Assembly: GCA_013265495.1 (NCBI GenBank)
Contig: MU058844.1
Span: forward strand, 2,335,520-2,399,519
Reading direction: 5' to 3'
Source: Vicugna vicugna
Taxonomy: Eukaryota
Length of the DNA stretch: 64,000 bases
Made by a program: the position numbers and the translations under genes. Position 1 is the stretch's first letter. Every line of letters starts with the position of its first letter. The notes under the pieces were generated by a model. That model had not been told where the DNA came from. It ran no database searches and saw only the letters and a program-made list of their open reading frames with translations. Positions 11,954-24,559 of the stretch are shown here, piece by piece.

Positions 11954-14899
11954 GTATCTGAATTTATACATAGGAGGTAGATGGCAGCTGTAGTCCATTT
12001 TAGGTGGCAAGGGGATTTCAAAATATAGAAAGAAACTTTTTTTTTTGTTTTCCTTTTTTTTTTTTTTGTGGATAGTTCACACAGGTGAACTGAAGAAACT
12101 GACCTACATTTCCAAAGCAGAAAGTAGGTAGTATATTTTTCCTCTCCTCTCTTTTTCCATTTCCTGAACATGAGTTCTACAGCTACCATTCACAGGTTCC
12201 AGGTCTACAGGTCAGTCTTTAAAGCTAGAATATTAATTTCTGGACTTCCATAAGAATTTTTTCCCAGAATGAGAAAAAGTCAGTCCTCCAACTATTTAAG
12301 CCTAAACTCTATTTTCCACTATTATCTTCCAAGAAATTAATCTCTTGGGTATCTCCTGCTCTGTGTAAGGCAAGTTTGCACAGTTCCTAGAGATTACTAG
12401 TATCTTTAATTGGTTTGCATGACTGATGACCTTTCTAATGTAAGCAATGAAATTCTTCCATGGCTTTAAAGGTTTAAGAAGTCAGAAGCCTCTTTAAAAT
12501 GGAGAGTGGAGGGAGGATTCTAAGAGATAAGGAATTAGAAAAATTTGAAAAAAATGTATTTTTCAAAATGATAATATGTTTCTTCTGGAAATTCAGAGAC
12601 ATAAAAAGAAGAAATATAAGCTTAAAGCACAGGTGGGTCATGATATTTATTATTCAGACAGTATTTTTGTTAAAATATTTTGCGGATTCAGGGTAAACAG
12701 CATGATCTAGTCAGAGAAACACATTTTTACTTTAAATTATCTTGTCATTCTAAGTCAGACAAAATGGTCGAGCCAATAGTATGTTGATATTTTACCCTAG
12801 ACTGGTTCTTACATGCAAATAAGTCAGTGAAAAATAAGATTCCAGTTTTTTGGCAAAATATCTTCCAAGTACAATATTTTCTTGGGAGAGAAGTTTCCAA
12901 AAAAAAGACAGATGTACTCTGATGGGCAGAAACTGGAGTCAGGCAGTGTGGGAGTACCTAAAAGGACACTTAGACCCAGACAGAAGGTAGGGAGGAAACA
13001 GTGGATGGCTTTCTTTATTAGATCATGCTTTGAAATCAAATCTACTGCTCAGGACTCCATTTTTTCCTATAAGAGCAAACCCATCCCTCCACCCCCTCCC
13101 CAGATTGGATCCCCAAACATCCAAGTCCTGGAAAAAGAAAGTCACTCCTAATTATCTTTTGCCAAGATCTCTACTGACTCAAGACTGAATATAAATTCCC
13201 AGATAGGGAAAATCTTCCACTTGAAACTATAGATGGTAACTGTGGGTATCACAAGTGTTTGATAGCATATTATGAATGTTTTCCACTTACTCTATTTCAC
13301 CCTATAAATAACCCCTCTTGTTTGGTATAGAAAAACTTCTCAATAATTTGAGTTTTGCCTGTGAGACATCTAGATGGAGATGCAAGTTGATAGTTAAATA
13401 TTTGACTCTTGAACTCAGGAGAGAGTCTGCACAAAAGAAAACTATTTGGAAGCAGTAAATCCATAGGCAGTAGTTTTAACACAACTTTCAATATTTTTCT
13501 CTTTCCAATTTTTTGTTTGCCCATAGGCAGATAACAAAACAGGTAGAGAAAATTCCTGTCTATAGATGACATGGTTTTTGCTTTTCTTATTCTGACATAG
13601 TTTTTCACTGCACCTGAGCAGAAAAAAAAAACAAGATTATTAAAGGATTAGATTAATGTAAATTATGGTTAGAAGAAAAAGGTAATAAATAGACTTAGAG
13701 AATAACATTTTCACAGAAACTCAACAAATCAAAATTAAAAAAAAACTTACTAAAACCTTAAAAGCAACATTCACTTGCAAAATTTCATCTTGTAACACTG
13801 CTAGTTTCTGCAGAACTCATGAATAAGCCATCAATTAGCACTATTACTGAAATAATGCATATGTATAATTTTATGTTTAGAAAATCACTACCAGGTTAAT
13901 CTCTGCATAATTATTTCGGTGACAGAGTTGGAAACATCCACTTCATGTGATTTTTGACCTTTAGGTTTTAGACTCAAGCTTTGGAATTGTTTGTTTGTTT
14001 GTTTTTTGTTTTCTGTTTTTTCCATCAAACTTGATGGTTCTCCTAAAGTTAAGGTTTTGCTTTATGGTAAACATTATCACCTTCAAGATCATTTTATGAT
14101 TTTAATTGCATATTTTATTGCTCAGTTTAGACTGGAGTCTTCCATTTCAAAAATTAATTATTGAATTTTCAATTGATTGTAAAAATGATATAGAAGCAGG
14201 AGGGGGAGTTCTGGACAATCCCTGGGTTGTAGGATTTCAAGTTTCTGTTTAGGTGGGTTCCTATGTTTAATGAAATCAGCTTGCAATACTGCTCATTTTG
14301 GGATGCCTCTGATCTATGAAGTGGAGGAATTTAGAGATACTTAAAAATCAGTTCTACATTGTGTACCAAAAAGCAGGTTGATATTGCTAAAGGGATGCAG
14401 TAGCAGAGAGATAACGGAGCCTTTTCATCTTTTGCATCATTTTGGCAGAAATCACTTTAGAATGAAATGTTTGCTTCATTCTAAAAGCTGATAATTATAA
14501 TTCACCCTGTATGCATACACTTAACACTTGAATTTACTAATGAATATAGTATATTACATTCCACATTAGATTCCATCTCTCTCTTGTTTGAGTGCCTCAC
14601 ACTGCAAACAAATTTTGAATGTCCTATCAATCCTTTTACATTTATATCTCCTTCACCATAGAGTGTTTTGAGAATAAACCTTAGTCTATGAACAAAACAA
14701 AAATCACAGAGGCTCTGACCAAAGATGCAAAGTGAAATGGAGAGCTGAGAAATTATTCAATGAATTCAATCCCCCCAATACACCATTTCTTCAGAAGCAG
14801 ATAGTCCACCTGCCCTTTCCCGTCTTTTTCTCCCCAAACTTGCACCAAAGTATCTCACTGCCATACTCATTCTTCATATGTAATAGTAATAATGATATT

Positions 14900-15115
14900 A
14901 ATAATACATCACCATCTACTAAGCTCTATAATACAAAATCTGTGCAAAAGCACTTGGTGTATTTTGTCTGTTTTAATACTGTGAATAACCCTGGAGGTAG
15001 ATACTATTTTATAATTAGAAAAACAGTTTCAGAAATTGGAAATATCTGAATTAAAAGCACAGGTACTAAACAGCAGAGCTAGAATTCAACTTAGGTAGGC
15101 CTGTCTGCTTCATCT
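14900..15115 (-). mobile_element. MIR SINE
   Basis: Antisense MIR layout: AATAACCCTGGAGGTAGATACTATT...CAGAGCTAGAATTCAACTTAGG. Confidence 0.55.
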
Positions 15116-17202
15116 TTCATGGGGTTAACCACCAATCTACAAGGCATCTCTGAAGGTTCAGGACTCAAAGGACTTAAAATAATAGACAAAATATCCAACT
15201 TAAATTTTCACAACCTAAAAGAATGCATAGTTTTCTTCTATTCAAAGCATTTTGTGTGTCAGTCTGTGTGTGATTAATTGTGGCCTAATCTGTATGCAAG
15301 ATATTGATGATTTTACTAAATATTTTTAAGTAAAAAGTAATTTCTTATTGTACAATTATATTACATTAGACAGCAAGGAAAATCTGTGAGTTATTAGTAT
15401 GGGGTATAGTACATTTTCTCTCTTTTAATCTTCTCTCTTCAAACTTTGTCACATTTCTAAAATGTATAATAAAGTTTATACTGAGAAAAAACTCAAATAT
15501 CTCAGGTGTGGCCAAGATTCATATGTGTGTGTATGTATACGTGTATATATATTTCACGTATATAAATAATGTACATACACATTTATGAACCTATCTGTTG
15601 TATATAGCTGGTATCATATTTTCTTTAAGGAGTATTTTTAAAATCGAAAGAGAATTAGATATTATGAAAATAAGAAAAATTAGAAAACCAATACTCTTTA
15701 GTACAGTCCTAGGCATTAAAATAGAGTAAAAAAATAAAAAACCCAGAATAAAACCAAAAACCATAAAACCCAAAAAGCAAACAAAAATCCATAACTGTGG
15801 GAAAAAAGAGGAAAACAATTCTAAAAAGTGAAATTAAAAAAGATGCTACTACTGTGATTTTAAAGTGAATATAACTTGTCTCTAACTGCTGATACCAAGT
15901 GCTATTTGTTCTTACAGTGAAGCAGAATAATTATCACAACTCTTTTAAGTGTATACAAAAAAGAAAATTTGGTTGCAAAAAAATCACCTGATTTTATATT
16001 TGGCTTTTACAATCTCATGGTATTTTAATCTTTATTGTCAATCTGGATAGTCTCCGTAAAAAAGGAAAGCAGGAAAAAGAAAAGATCTTAGCACCTCAGA
16101 GTAAATTACTGGAAAGTGATTTGTTTTTTCTAGTTTTGCCTTGAAGAAGTACTGTGCTCTAAAAGGTTTTCATGTAAACAGGAACAATCCTCCCCCTCTC
16201 TCCATTCACTCCCTCATTCCTCCTTCCTTTCAATAATACTAACTTGTGTACTGTGAACCAGCACGGTCTACAGTAACCACCACGGTTTTTGCAGCAGAAG
16301 TTGTGGCGTGAATACGCACAGGTGATGTCTAACTTCCCACTCCTCCTCAAAACCACTGATTTCAGAGCTCTGGGACCATCTTTCAGCTGGAAGCTGAAAT
16401 GATTAAATACTGATCATAGATTACTTCTGCTGTAGCAAAGACTTCTGTTTGTTTCTATTTTTAAGTCAAATGAGGGTAAAGCTTCTAAACGCTGATGATT
16501 CATTTTCAACATTCGGGCATTACTTTGCAGAACTGTGTTCATTAAGTCTCTCGTTAATGCCAAAGGGGCTGCAGTGGCCTCCTCCTGAAGGACCACAATT
16601 TGTTATGGCCAAGAACCAAATGATGTCCTGTAGATAATGTAAACTGCATTCTTGTAGTATATGCAATGTTGGGAGGGCTTTCTCTGGAGAAATTCTGTCT
16701 TGAAAATCAGGAAGCTTTGCGAGGAGGAAAGCAATGCAGGTGACTGCACGTGCTTTTTGGTCTGAAACTTGAGTCATTTCTGTACATCTTAGAAGCATTA
16801 AAACAACCGGCAGTCCTTCTGAAGGAAATGCCAGGGTTCCAGTAAGAGGAGGCTTGCTGAAAAGAACTAAGGTGCAATAGAGAGAGACGTGGCTCCTGCA
16901 GAACTTTGTGCTATGACTCATCTACAACCTTTTGCAAAATTTAATGTGGAAAAAGTACTGCATTATTATGATGTACCATGTGGTATCCTGATTTGTCATC
17001 TTCACTTGACATATCTTTTATTGAGGGGTACAAGAAGAAACCCCACATTGGCTGAGGAAAATTTTTCTACTTACATCCCACACACAGATTTAAAAATATA
17101 TTCCTAGAATTTGGCATTTACAGGAACATGTTTCAGTTTAGTAGTTCTATAAGAAGAGAGCTTTTTTACCCCTTGAGCGTAAGAATCTATAACCCTAACA
17201 CT

Positions 17203-17220
17203 TCACCGCCAGAGGGCCAA
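17203..17220 (+). promoter_or_regulatory. Candidate CTCF binding site
   Basis: CCGCCAGAGGGC at 17206-17217 fits the CTCF core CC(A/G)SYAGRKGGC and retains a CpG in CpG-poor DNA. Motif match only. Confidence 0.45.
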
Positions 17221-17304
17221 CAGAACACACCTTAATTTGGTAAATGGTGGTGGCGGAGAAGCAGTGAACAAACATTTGAATTTATTTTGTATGTTTTTTA
17301 AAAT

Positions 17305-17400
17305 CGATCACTAGTTTATTATTAAAGGATATAACTCATAAACCGCTCAATGGGAGAGAAGCAGAAGGCAAGATACTGGGAAAGGGCACAAAGCTTCTCT
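17305..17400 (-). mobile_element. MER21-like LTR fragment
   Basis: GTTTATTATTAAAGGATATAACTCA...AATGGGAGAGAAGCAGAAGGCAAGATACTGGGAAAGGG resembles MER21. Confidence 0.5.
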
Positions 17401-18612
17401 CTCTTTCTTTACTTTGTATCTTTATCTTTTTACAGTTGACTGCTTTGTTATTTAAAATTATATTTTTAATTTTTTGCATCATTTGTTTATTGGGTTATAA
17501 TTTCATTAAAAATTATATTCATTTTTTTACTGAGTCAGGTACAATATAAAAACTTTTCTTCTACAGATACAATTATTGCATTAGACTACTCCATCTCAAG
17601 ACCCATAAATTTCCCATTGAATTATTTGAATTATTATACAACATAGTTGTTATAATGGCACTTGATATGTAAAGTACAAGAGGAAAAATACTCAAAACTA
17701 TTCAGTGTAACAGTGGTTAGAAAAAAGCATCACATTTCTTTCATTGTAAGGAATGGAACAATTCTCATGAGACAATTTTATGGATAAAAATGCCTTGTAA
17801 TGAAGTTCTTTTGACATACTCAGGAATTAAACTTTACAGAAATAAATGTTAACACATTTCAAGTAAAATGCTACTTAGAGTGCTCAGTAGAAAATGTCCT
17901 CATACATTTATTACTAAACTATGTCTAATTGTAGGTAATGAGTTGACTTTAAAAAACTAAAGACAATGACATTTCTGCTTTCATGGACCGTTTCTTAGTA
18001 ATAACACTGTATTAGAGATAAAATAAACAATAGATAATTATATAATATAAACTTTGCAATTCAAATCAATGTTTTAACACTAGGGAATATTATTCAGCTT
18101 TCTTAGTGTAATAAATACGTCAGAGATGACTCTGGTAAGAAAGACTTAGATTACTTTCTGGGTTGTATCAAATTTTATTTGGTTTGATTTCTAACTGAAC
18201 ACATGGGTCAAGTAAAGTAATTATTACATATATTTAATAATTCATGTATTATATGTACATGATACAAAATACTAAATGTGTATAATACACATAATACATA
18301 ATAATTATTTTACTTGACAATGTGATGGCCTGACTTGCAAGCATGCTTAAAATGAACAAATAAATGAGCAGAGAAATATCTTCTGCTATATATATTTTTT
18401 CCCTGTAGTTTTTATTCTTTGATTTCTGGAAGAATTAATCAATTATATATCATCTAATCATCCTTTAGACCTGTTTTAATGTAATTGCCACAATATCTAA
18501 GATTATTTGTTTATATGATGGTTTCCCTTATAGACCCATGAGCTTCTCGAGGGGGAGACAGTATACTATTAATCTCTGAGTCTCCATACCCATTTATTGG
18601 TGTAGCCTACCC

Positions 18613-19102
18613 TGTTGATGGAAATGACCAATAACCAACCTATAATAAGAAGAGAATTTTATTCTAGCCAAACTGAGGACTATGGCCCGGGAGACACCCT
18701 CTCAGAGAGCTCTGAGGAAATGTTCCAAAGAAGCATGATTTTCAACACTGTTTCATATCTTGTCAGAACAAAGAACATCAAACATAACAGGGGTACATTC
18801 CTTCAAGGTTTCAAAAAAGGCAGATCAACATGTCCACAGAGAGTCAGTGTGGCTGCCCACCTGTGCACCTTGGTAGGGAGTCTTATCATCGAGGGAGTAC
18901 TGGTACTTACATCCCAGGAAGGAAGATATTTATCTCTGTCTTCAAAATGAACCTTTATTTCTGGAAAATGTATCCTTTTCTTTAAAGGTTAAAGCAGGTG
19001 TACAGTGCATGTTTAATAGGCCACAAAACAGGATGTCCTAGTTAGTATAAAGTTTAAGTTAAACCATGTATAAGTCAGAGTGGCTTCCCCATACCTCCAT
19101 CA
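18613..19102 (-). mobile_element. ERV1-class solo LTR (490 bp)
   Basis: TG...CA termini, 4-bp TSD ACCC/GCCC (one mismatch), AATAAA on the minus strand (TTTATT about 18658-18663), and the motif GCCCGGGAGACACCCTCTCAGAGAGCTCTGAG seen in laurasiatherian ERV1 LTRs. Confidence 0.8.
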
Positions 19103-19789
19103 GCCCTTAACTTTGTAAAGTTGACTAGACTTCTTTCAGTGATGGTCAATTTGAGAATATTAATGGTATAGACTTAATTTTCTCCCCAGCCTCCGAAAAG
19201 GATGCTTGTTTTCAAGTCACCTAGAAAGTCACACTCTCAGATGGAGAGCAGGCCATTTATCTATCACATGCTGGCAATGCTAGTCCAAGTAATGGCATGT
19301 CAGGGCTGCTTTCCTGCTGTCTTTCTTCACCCTACTTGCCAAAGAAAGCTTGCAGGGTCTTATATTTTACTCAGGAATTTCTACTTGTGTGCGATGTTTA
19401 CTGTTCTTTGCAGACAGATTCTAACCTAAATACAAAAACACTGAGAATTTACACTGATCATATGATGTTCAACAGAACATGTTCTAATTTTTCTTCAGTA
19501 CTTTGTAGCAATAGTGGTATTAATGAGAGGTAACACTTACTGAATAGTTGTGTCAGCAGCTCTTGGAAACACTTTATGCATGCTTTAAATCATTTAATGC
19601 CTTGCTAAAATTGGCTAAAATGCCTATTCTTTACCTGTAAATTTGAGATTTGTGTATGTCCTTGTCTAGAGGTAATGGCATACTGAATATAAAGTACCTA
19701 TCACAATCGAGTTTCCTACTGATAAGAGTTTCCCCATACTCTTTCCATTAATAAAGCTGTTCTTGTTCAGTGATGGTCATGAATCCAAC

Positions 19790-20040
19790 GTTCACTGCTC
19801 TGTCACTGCTGGAGCACTTGCTTTAGGCCAGGAACTCCACTAGATGTTTTATGTAAAGTATCTCATTTCATTTTCACAATAACAAGTGGGCTACTAGCAT
19901 TTCTCCATTTAATATTCTAGCGAAATGAGGCAGAGAAACATTATGTAACTTGCCTATTGACAACAATTATGTTGGGATTCAGGCAAAGTACAGTCTGGTA
20001 GAGAAAACTGGTGTGTACCTAACCTCTACACTATACTGTT
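19790..20040 (-). mobile_element. MIR SINE
   Basis: TATCTCATTTCATTTTCACAATAAC...GAAATGAGGCAGAGAAACATTATGTAACTTGCC...AACCTCTACACTATACTG. Confidence 0.75.
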
Positions 20041-21029
20041 TCCAGAATCCACAAATATACAGTTTATCACCGATCAAAACTTTCCATTTTTGTATGCTTC
20101 AGTAAATAAATTCTGGACCACCTTTAACTGAAAACTTTTTACTTTGATTATACTGTATCATTATTGGGTCATTATTCTTTATCAGTACACAAGAATCATT
20201 TCCTTCTTTCATATGAAATCATCAGACTCAGAATCATTTAGATTAGTTACACAGCATGGGCAAATTAAATTTCCCCCCTCTGCCTCAGTTTCTGCATCCA
20301 TCATTATGTATAGTTGATCATATTCTCTCTTCCACAGCAATATTGGAATAAAATCGAGGAAAAAAGTTGAGAAGATAGGAAATAACTTCAAATAATAATG
20401 ACCATTTATCTTAGAGTAAAACGAAGAGATTTAGAATATCTTTAAATCTTAGTTCACAGTTAAATTACACAGTCTTATACATGTTAGGTCACAATATTTT
20501 TTAATGTAGGGCTGCTGTTTCAATAATAACTAAAAAGAAAACCAAACCAATCCTATCAATGGTATAAGAATTAAGATAGATTTTATATAACGACATGTTA
20601 TAATTGAGAAGGTTTTTTTGACTGAATTGATACCCATATGAACTTTGCTGATTTCTTAGCAGTTCTTTGAAAAACATGAGCTTTTGCTGAATCATTCATA
20701 AATAAGCAGGTGATCCTTATGAGTTATTGCACACAATTTGAATTAGAATAGCCACTTAATTTAGTTTATAAAACAATTAACTTTTGCACATATATATTAG
20801 GTCATATATATTTGTTATGGTCATAATCATTATTTATGAGAGTTTGAATTTACTTTGTTACTGTGTTATGTAAAATAATTTATAGTTAAGTATGAGTAAG
20901 CATGCTTACCATTTGTGTTCAGTTTTCGTTATCTCAGAATGTTACAAGATTATTTTATAAAATGTAATTTGGGTAATCACAGGCAAAAGCCTGCTTTGTT
21001 GCGGGCTACATGTAGCCAGAAAAAGTAAA

Positions 21030-21188
21030 AGCAGTAAAGCTTTACGGTTAAAAGTGAGGATGCTGGTCTCAAAACCCAGGTGATTCAAATCCCAACTCTA
21101 TAACTTACTAATCCTCTCACAATGAGCAAATCCATTCTGCCCTGATTGTCTTATTTTAAAATGGGGTTAATGATTATACCCATCTCCT
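21030..21188 (+). mobile_element. MIR SINE fragment
   Basis: GGTTAAAAG...TTCAAATCCCAACTCTATAACTTACTA...TAAAATGGGGTTAATGAT. Confidence 0.6.
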
Positions 21189-21190
21189 AG

Positions 21191-22610
21191 TTTTTTTTTT
21201 AATTAAATATTTAAAAAATTTTGAGATAATTATAGATTTACATGTAGAAGTAAGAAATAATACAGAGAGGTCTCATGTTCTCTTTACTCAGTTCCCCCAA
21301 TCATAATGTCTAGCAAAATGTAGTATACTACCACAGCCAGGATATTGGTATTGATACAGTCAAGATGCAGAACATTTTCATCTGGACCCCTCATATTGCA
21401 CTTTTATAGCCACATGCATTTCCCTCCCACCTTCACTCCTTCCGTAATTCTTGTCCATCACTAACCAGTTCTTGATTTTTACAATTTTGTCATTTCAGGA
21501 ATGGTACATACATGAAATCACACAGTATTTGTATTAATTTAGGTAGTTGACTATCAGTAGCTTGTTGCTTTTTATTACTTATTAGTATTCTATGATATAC
21601 TATACTATTTTTAGGTTAACCATTGTTCATTGAAAGATATCTGCATTGTTTTCAGTTCAGGGCTATTACAAATAAAGGTGCTATAAACATATGTATACAG
21701 GTTTTTATATAAATATGTTTTTAAAATTTTTTCTCTAGGGTAAATGCCCAGAATGTAATTTCTAGGTCATATGGTACTTGCTTATTTTTTTTTTAAAGAA
21801 ATTGCCAAACTCTTTTTCAGAGTGGCTATTACATTTCCACCAGCATTGTATAAGTGACTCACCTTTTTAACATCTTCACCAGCACTTAGTGTTGTCATTA
21901 TTTTTTGCTGTTATTTTATTTCGTCATTCTGATAGGTGTGTAGGGGTATCTCATTGTGGTTTTCATTTGCATTCCCCTGATGGTTAATAATGTTTAGCAT
22001 CATTTTACGTGCTGATTTGCCATCTATATTTATTATTTGGTGAAATGTCTCTTCATATCTTTGCTTATTTTCTAATTAGACTGTCTTTCTACTACTGAGT
22101 TTTGAGAGCTCTTTATATTTTTTAGATACTAGTCCTTTGTCATATACATGGTGTGCAAATATGTTCTCCATGAAATGCTCTGTTAAAAGCATAAGAAGAT
22201 GAGCATTTCACAGAACAAAAGTTTTTAATTGTGATGAGGTCCAGTTTAAGAATCTTCTCTGTTAGGGGTTATGCTTTTAGTGTCAAACCTAATAACTCAA
22301 GTCTTACATCGCAGATTTTCACTCATGCATAAAAGTTTTACATTTTATACGTTAAGTTCATAATCTAGTTTGAGATCCACATTTTTTAACTTCCTTTTAG
22401 ACTTCCTCTTTGATCCATTGATTATTTAGAAATGTGTTGTTTAGTTTCAAAGAATTAAGAAACTGAAAATTTTTCTTTCTCTAATTTCAACTTGATTCCA
22501 TTGTATTTGGAAGAAACACTGTAAGATTTCAGATTTTCTATTTGTGGAAGATTGTTCTATGGCATAGTATATTGTCTACCTTGGTATATCACACAGGCAC
22601 TTGAAAAGGC
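21191..22610 (-). mobile_element. Old LINE-1 (L1MB/L1MC class), 3'UTR and ORF2 remnant
   Basis: Begins with a T-tract, then TTTTGAGATAATTATAGATTTACATG..AAGAAATAATACAGAGAG. Antisense ORF2 motifs GGTATCTCATTGTGGTTTTCATTTGCATTCCCCTGATG and AATTGCCAAACT. Confidence 0.85.
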
Positions 22611-23150
22611 TGGCTCTTGAGCTCCTTATTCTGACTTTTTTGAAAGCTCAAACTTAGACATATGAATATGAACATAAATTTATTTTATCAGAATTTCTCA
22701 GTTTATTTTATTTCTCCTGTTTTTGGTTGTTTTGTGATAGAAAAAAGAATTAAATTAAATATTTAATTAATCAAATGCAATAAATAAAACTTTTGATTAT
22801 ATTTTATATATATAAGCTGTTGTTAGCTAAGAAATTCGAGTCACAAACTCACTTTATTCACTCATTCAACAACTATTTCTAAAGTGCCTATTACTGGGCC
22901 TTGAGGATACTAGTGTGAGTCAAACTCTACCAGTTTGGTGAATGGACCAAGCATTAATCAAATAACCATGATAGGGAATGTAAAAACCTGAGGCATATCC
23001 TCAGATGGACAGGAACTTAGTTCCAAGAAAGCAAATAACATAGAAATATCTTCCAGTCAGGAAAGTCTTGCTGAGAAATATCTGAAGAATAAGCAGGAGA
23101 TACATTCTGGTATAACTAATTCTACAGGGAGAACTTTGCTTAACTTAGAG

Positions 23151-23245
23151 CACTGCTTCTCAAAGTGAGCTCAAGATGGTAAGTCATCATCGGCAATGGT
23201 AAGGGGACTTTGATGGGAGGTGAAGAGATCACTTTGATAACACAG
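23151..23245. mobile_element. Short hAT-Charlie-type MITE remnant
   Basis: Imperfect TIRs CACTGCTTCTCAAAGTG / CACTTTGATAACACAG. Confidence 0.35.
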
Positions 23246-24559
23246 TATTAAATATCTCTTTGGGATTTGTTTCAGCTGCTGCTGCTGGCCAGATTTCTCA
23301 CACAAATCTCAGACAAGCACTTCCTTCCTGTTTCTCCCATTTGGCCAAGAGTTAGCTCACATCCTTATAAAATGTTTTTTCTGCAGAGATTGCTTCAGAA
23401 GGCTTAAGGTCTTATGACTGTTTCCTCTGTCATCCATCCTTTCATTAGCTCCCTCCTTCTAAAATTGAAAATAGTTGAGTGTTTCTAAATATTAAGGAGC
23501 CCGTGTGATTTTTTCCCCTTGGTTTTGTGCATGTGTGTATGATGGAGTGGTAATTACTGTAGAGGACAAAATGGCCTTACTGTATATGCTAGGTTTATTG
23601 GAAGGGGGATAGGAAATATGACAAGAAGTTATAATCAGTAGAGAAGAAAACAAATAAACACAAATATAGATCATTAAATTCAAACTCTGCTGTTATATTT
23701 CTCTTTTCACAGTATGTTCTCACAATATTTTCTTGCCAAGGATGTATTAGATATATTCATAAGTCTTCCCCAAACAGTGTTTTCCTGAAATGTTCTTCCT
23801 TTCAAAAACCAAAAAGATGCATCTCCGTTTAGGACCTTTGACGTCAAACTGCAGAAGCTCCCCTTCAAAGGTGAAAGGAAGTTTCATTTCAACTTCCATC
23901 TTTACTTGTTTACAACATCCTGAGAAATTTGTTTGGATTTGAAACTTTACAGCCTTAGTCTTATGAGACATGTTATTTTTCATTTGTTCCACTTTCTGTC
24001 TCTACCATTTCTCCCCCAACTCCCCCATTTTAGAAAGAGTAAATTAAATTGGCTCAGTTATTTTTGAGTTATGAGACAGCAAAAATATTTTTTTCCTCCT
24101 CTTAAAAACTGCTTGAAGCTTTATTTGTACTGGTTTAACTCAAAGGTAGATTTAAACTTCATTCTTGGCAGTATTTAAGAGGGAAAAAAAATCATGCCAA
24201 ATTTTTAAAAAGCTTATACAATCTAAAGCTTAAAACATAAGTACTTTACCCTGAATTTTTGTTATCCAACTACATCATGTACATTTTCATGTAAAAGTAC
24301 AAGTACACAAAGAGAATATGATAATTTTATTTACTTTGATTAAATAAAATAACCACTGACTATCTGCTATATAGAAAGGCCCCAAAAACCAGGAGGGAAA
24401 AAAAGAGATCAGTAAGAGTTCCTCCCTGCTGCAAAAAGTATATAAAATTGAAGTACAGGATTATTATAGCACAAGGCGGCGGTATAAACAAAATTTTATG
24501 GGAGTTCAGAGAAGAAATAGATCCCAGTCAGACTGAAATTCTACCACAACCATCCGACT

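Noticed and set aside
12075..12122. Possible 48-nt + strand exon after a long T-tract
   Set aside because: Weak donor (AAA|GTAGGT), unrecognised peptide, and the T-tract is probably a simple homopolymer.
15518..15589. Hairpin-like TG/TA-rich stretch
   Set aside because: Self-complementarity is inherent to low-complexity alternating purine-pyrimidine sequence.
16414..16921. Overlapping 133-, 62- and 60-aa ORFs in unique DNA
   Set aside because: No recognisable domain or convincing splice pair; longer ORFs are expected where GC content is locally higher.
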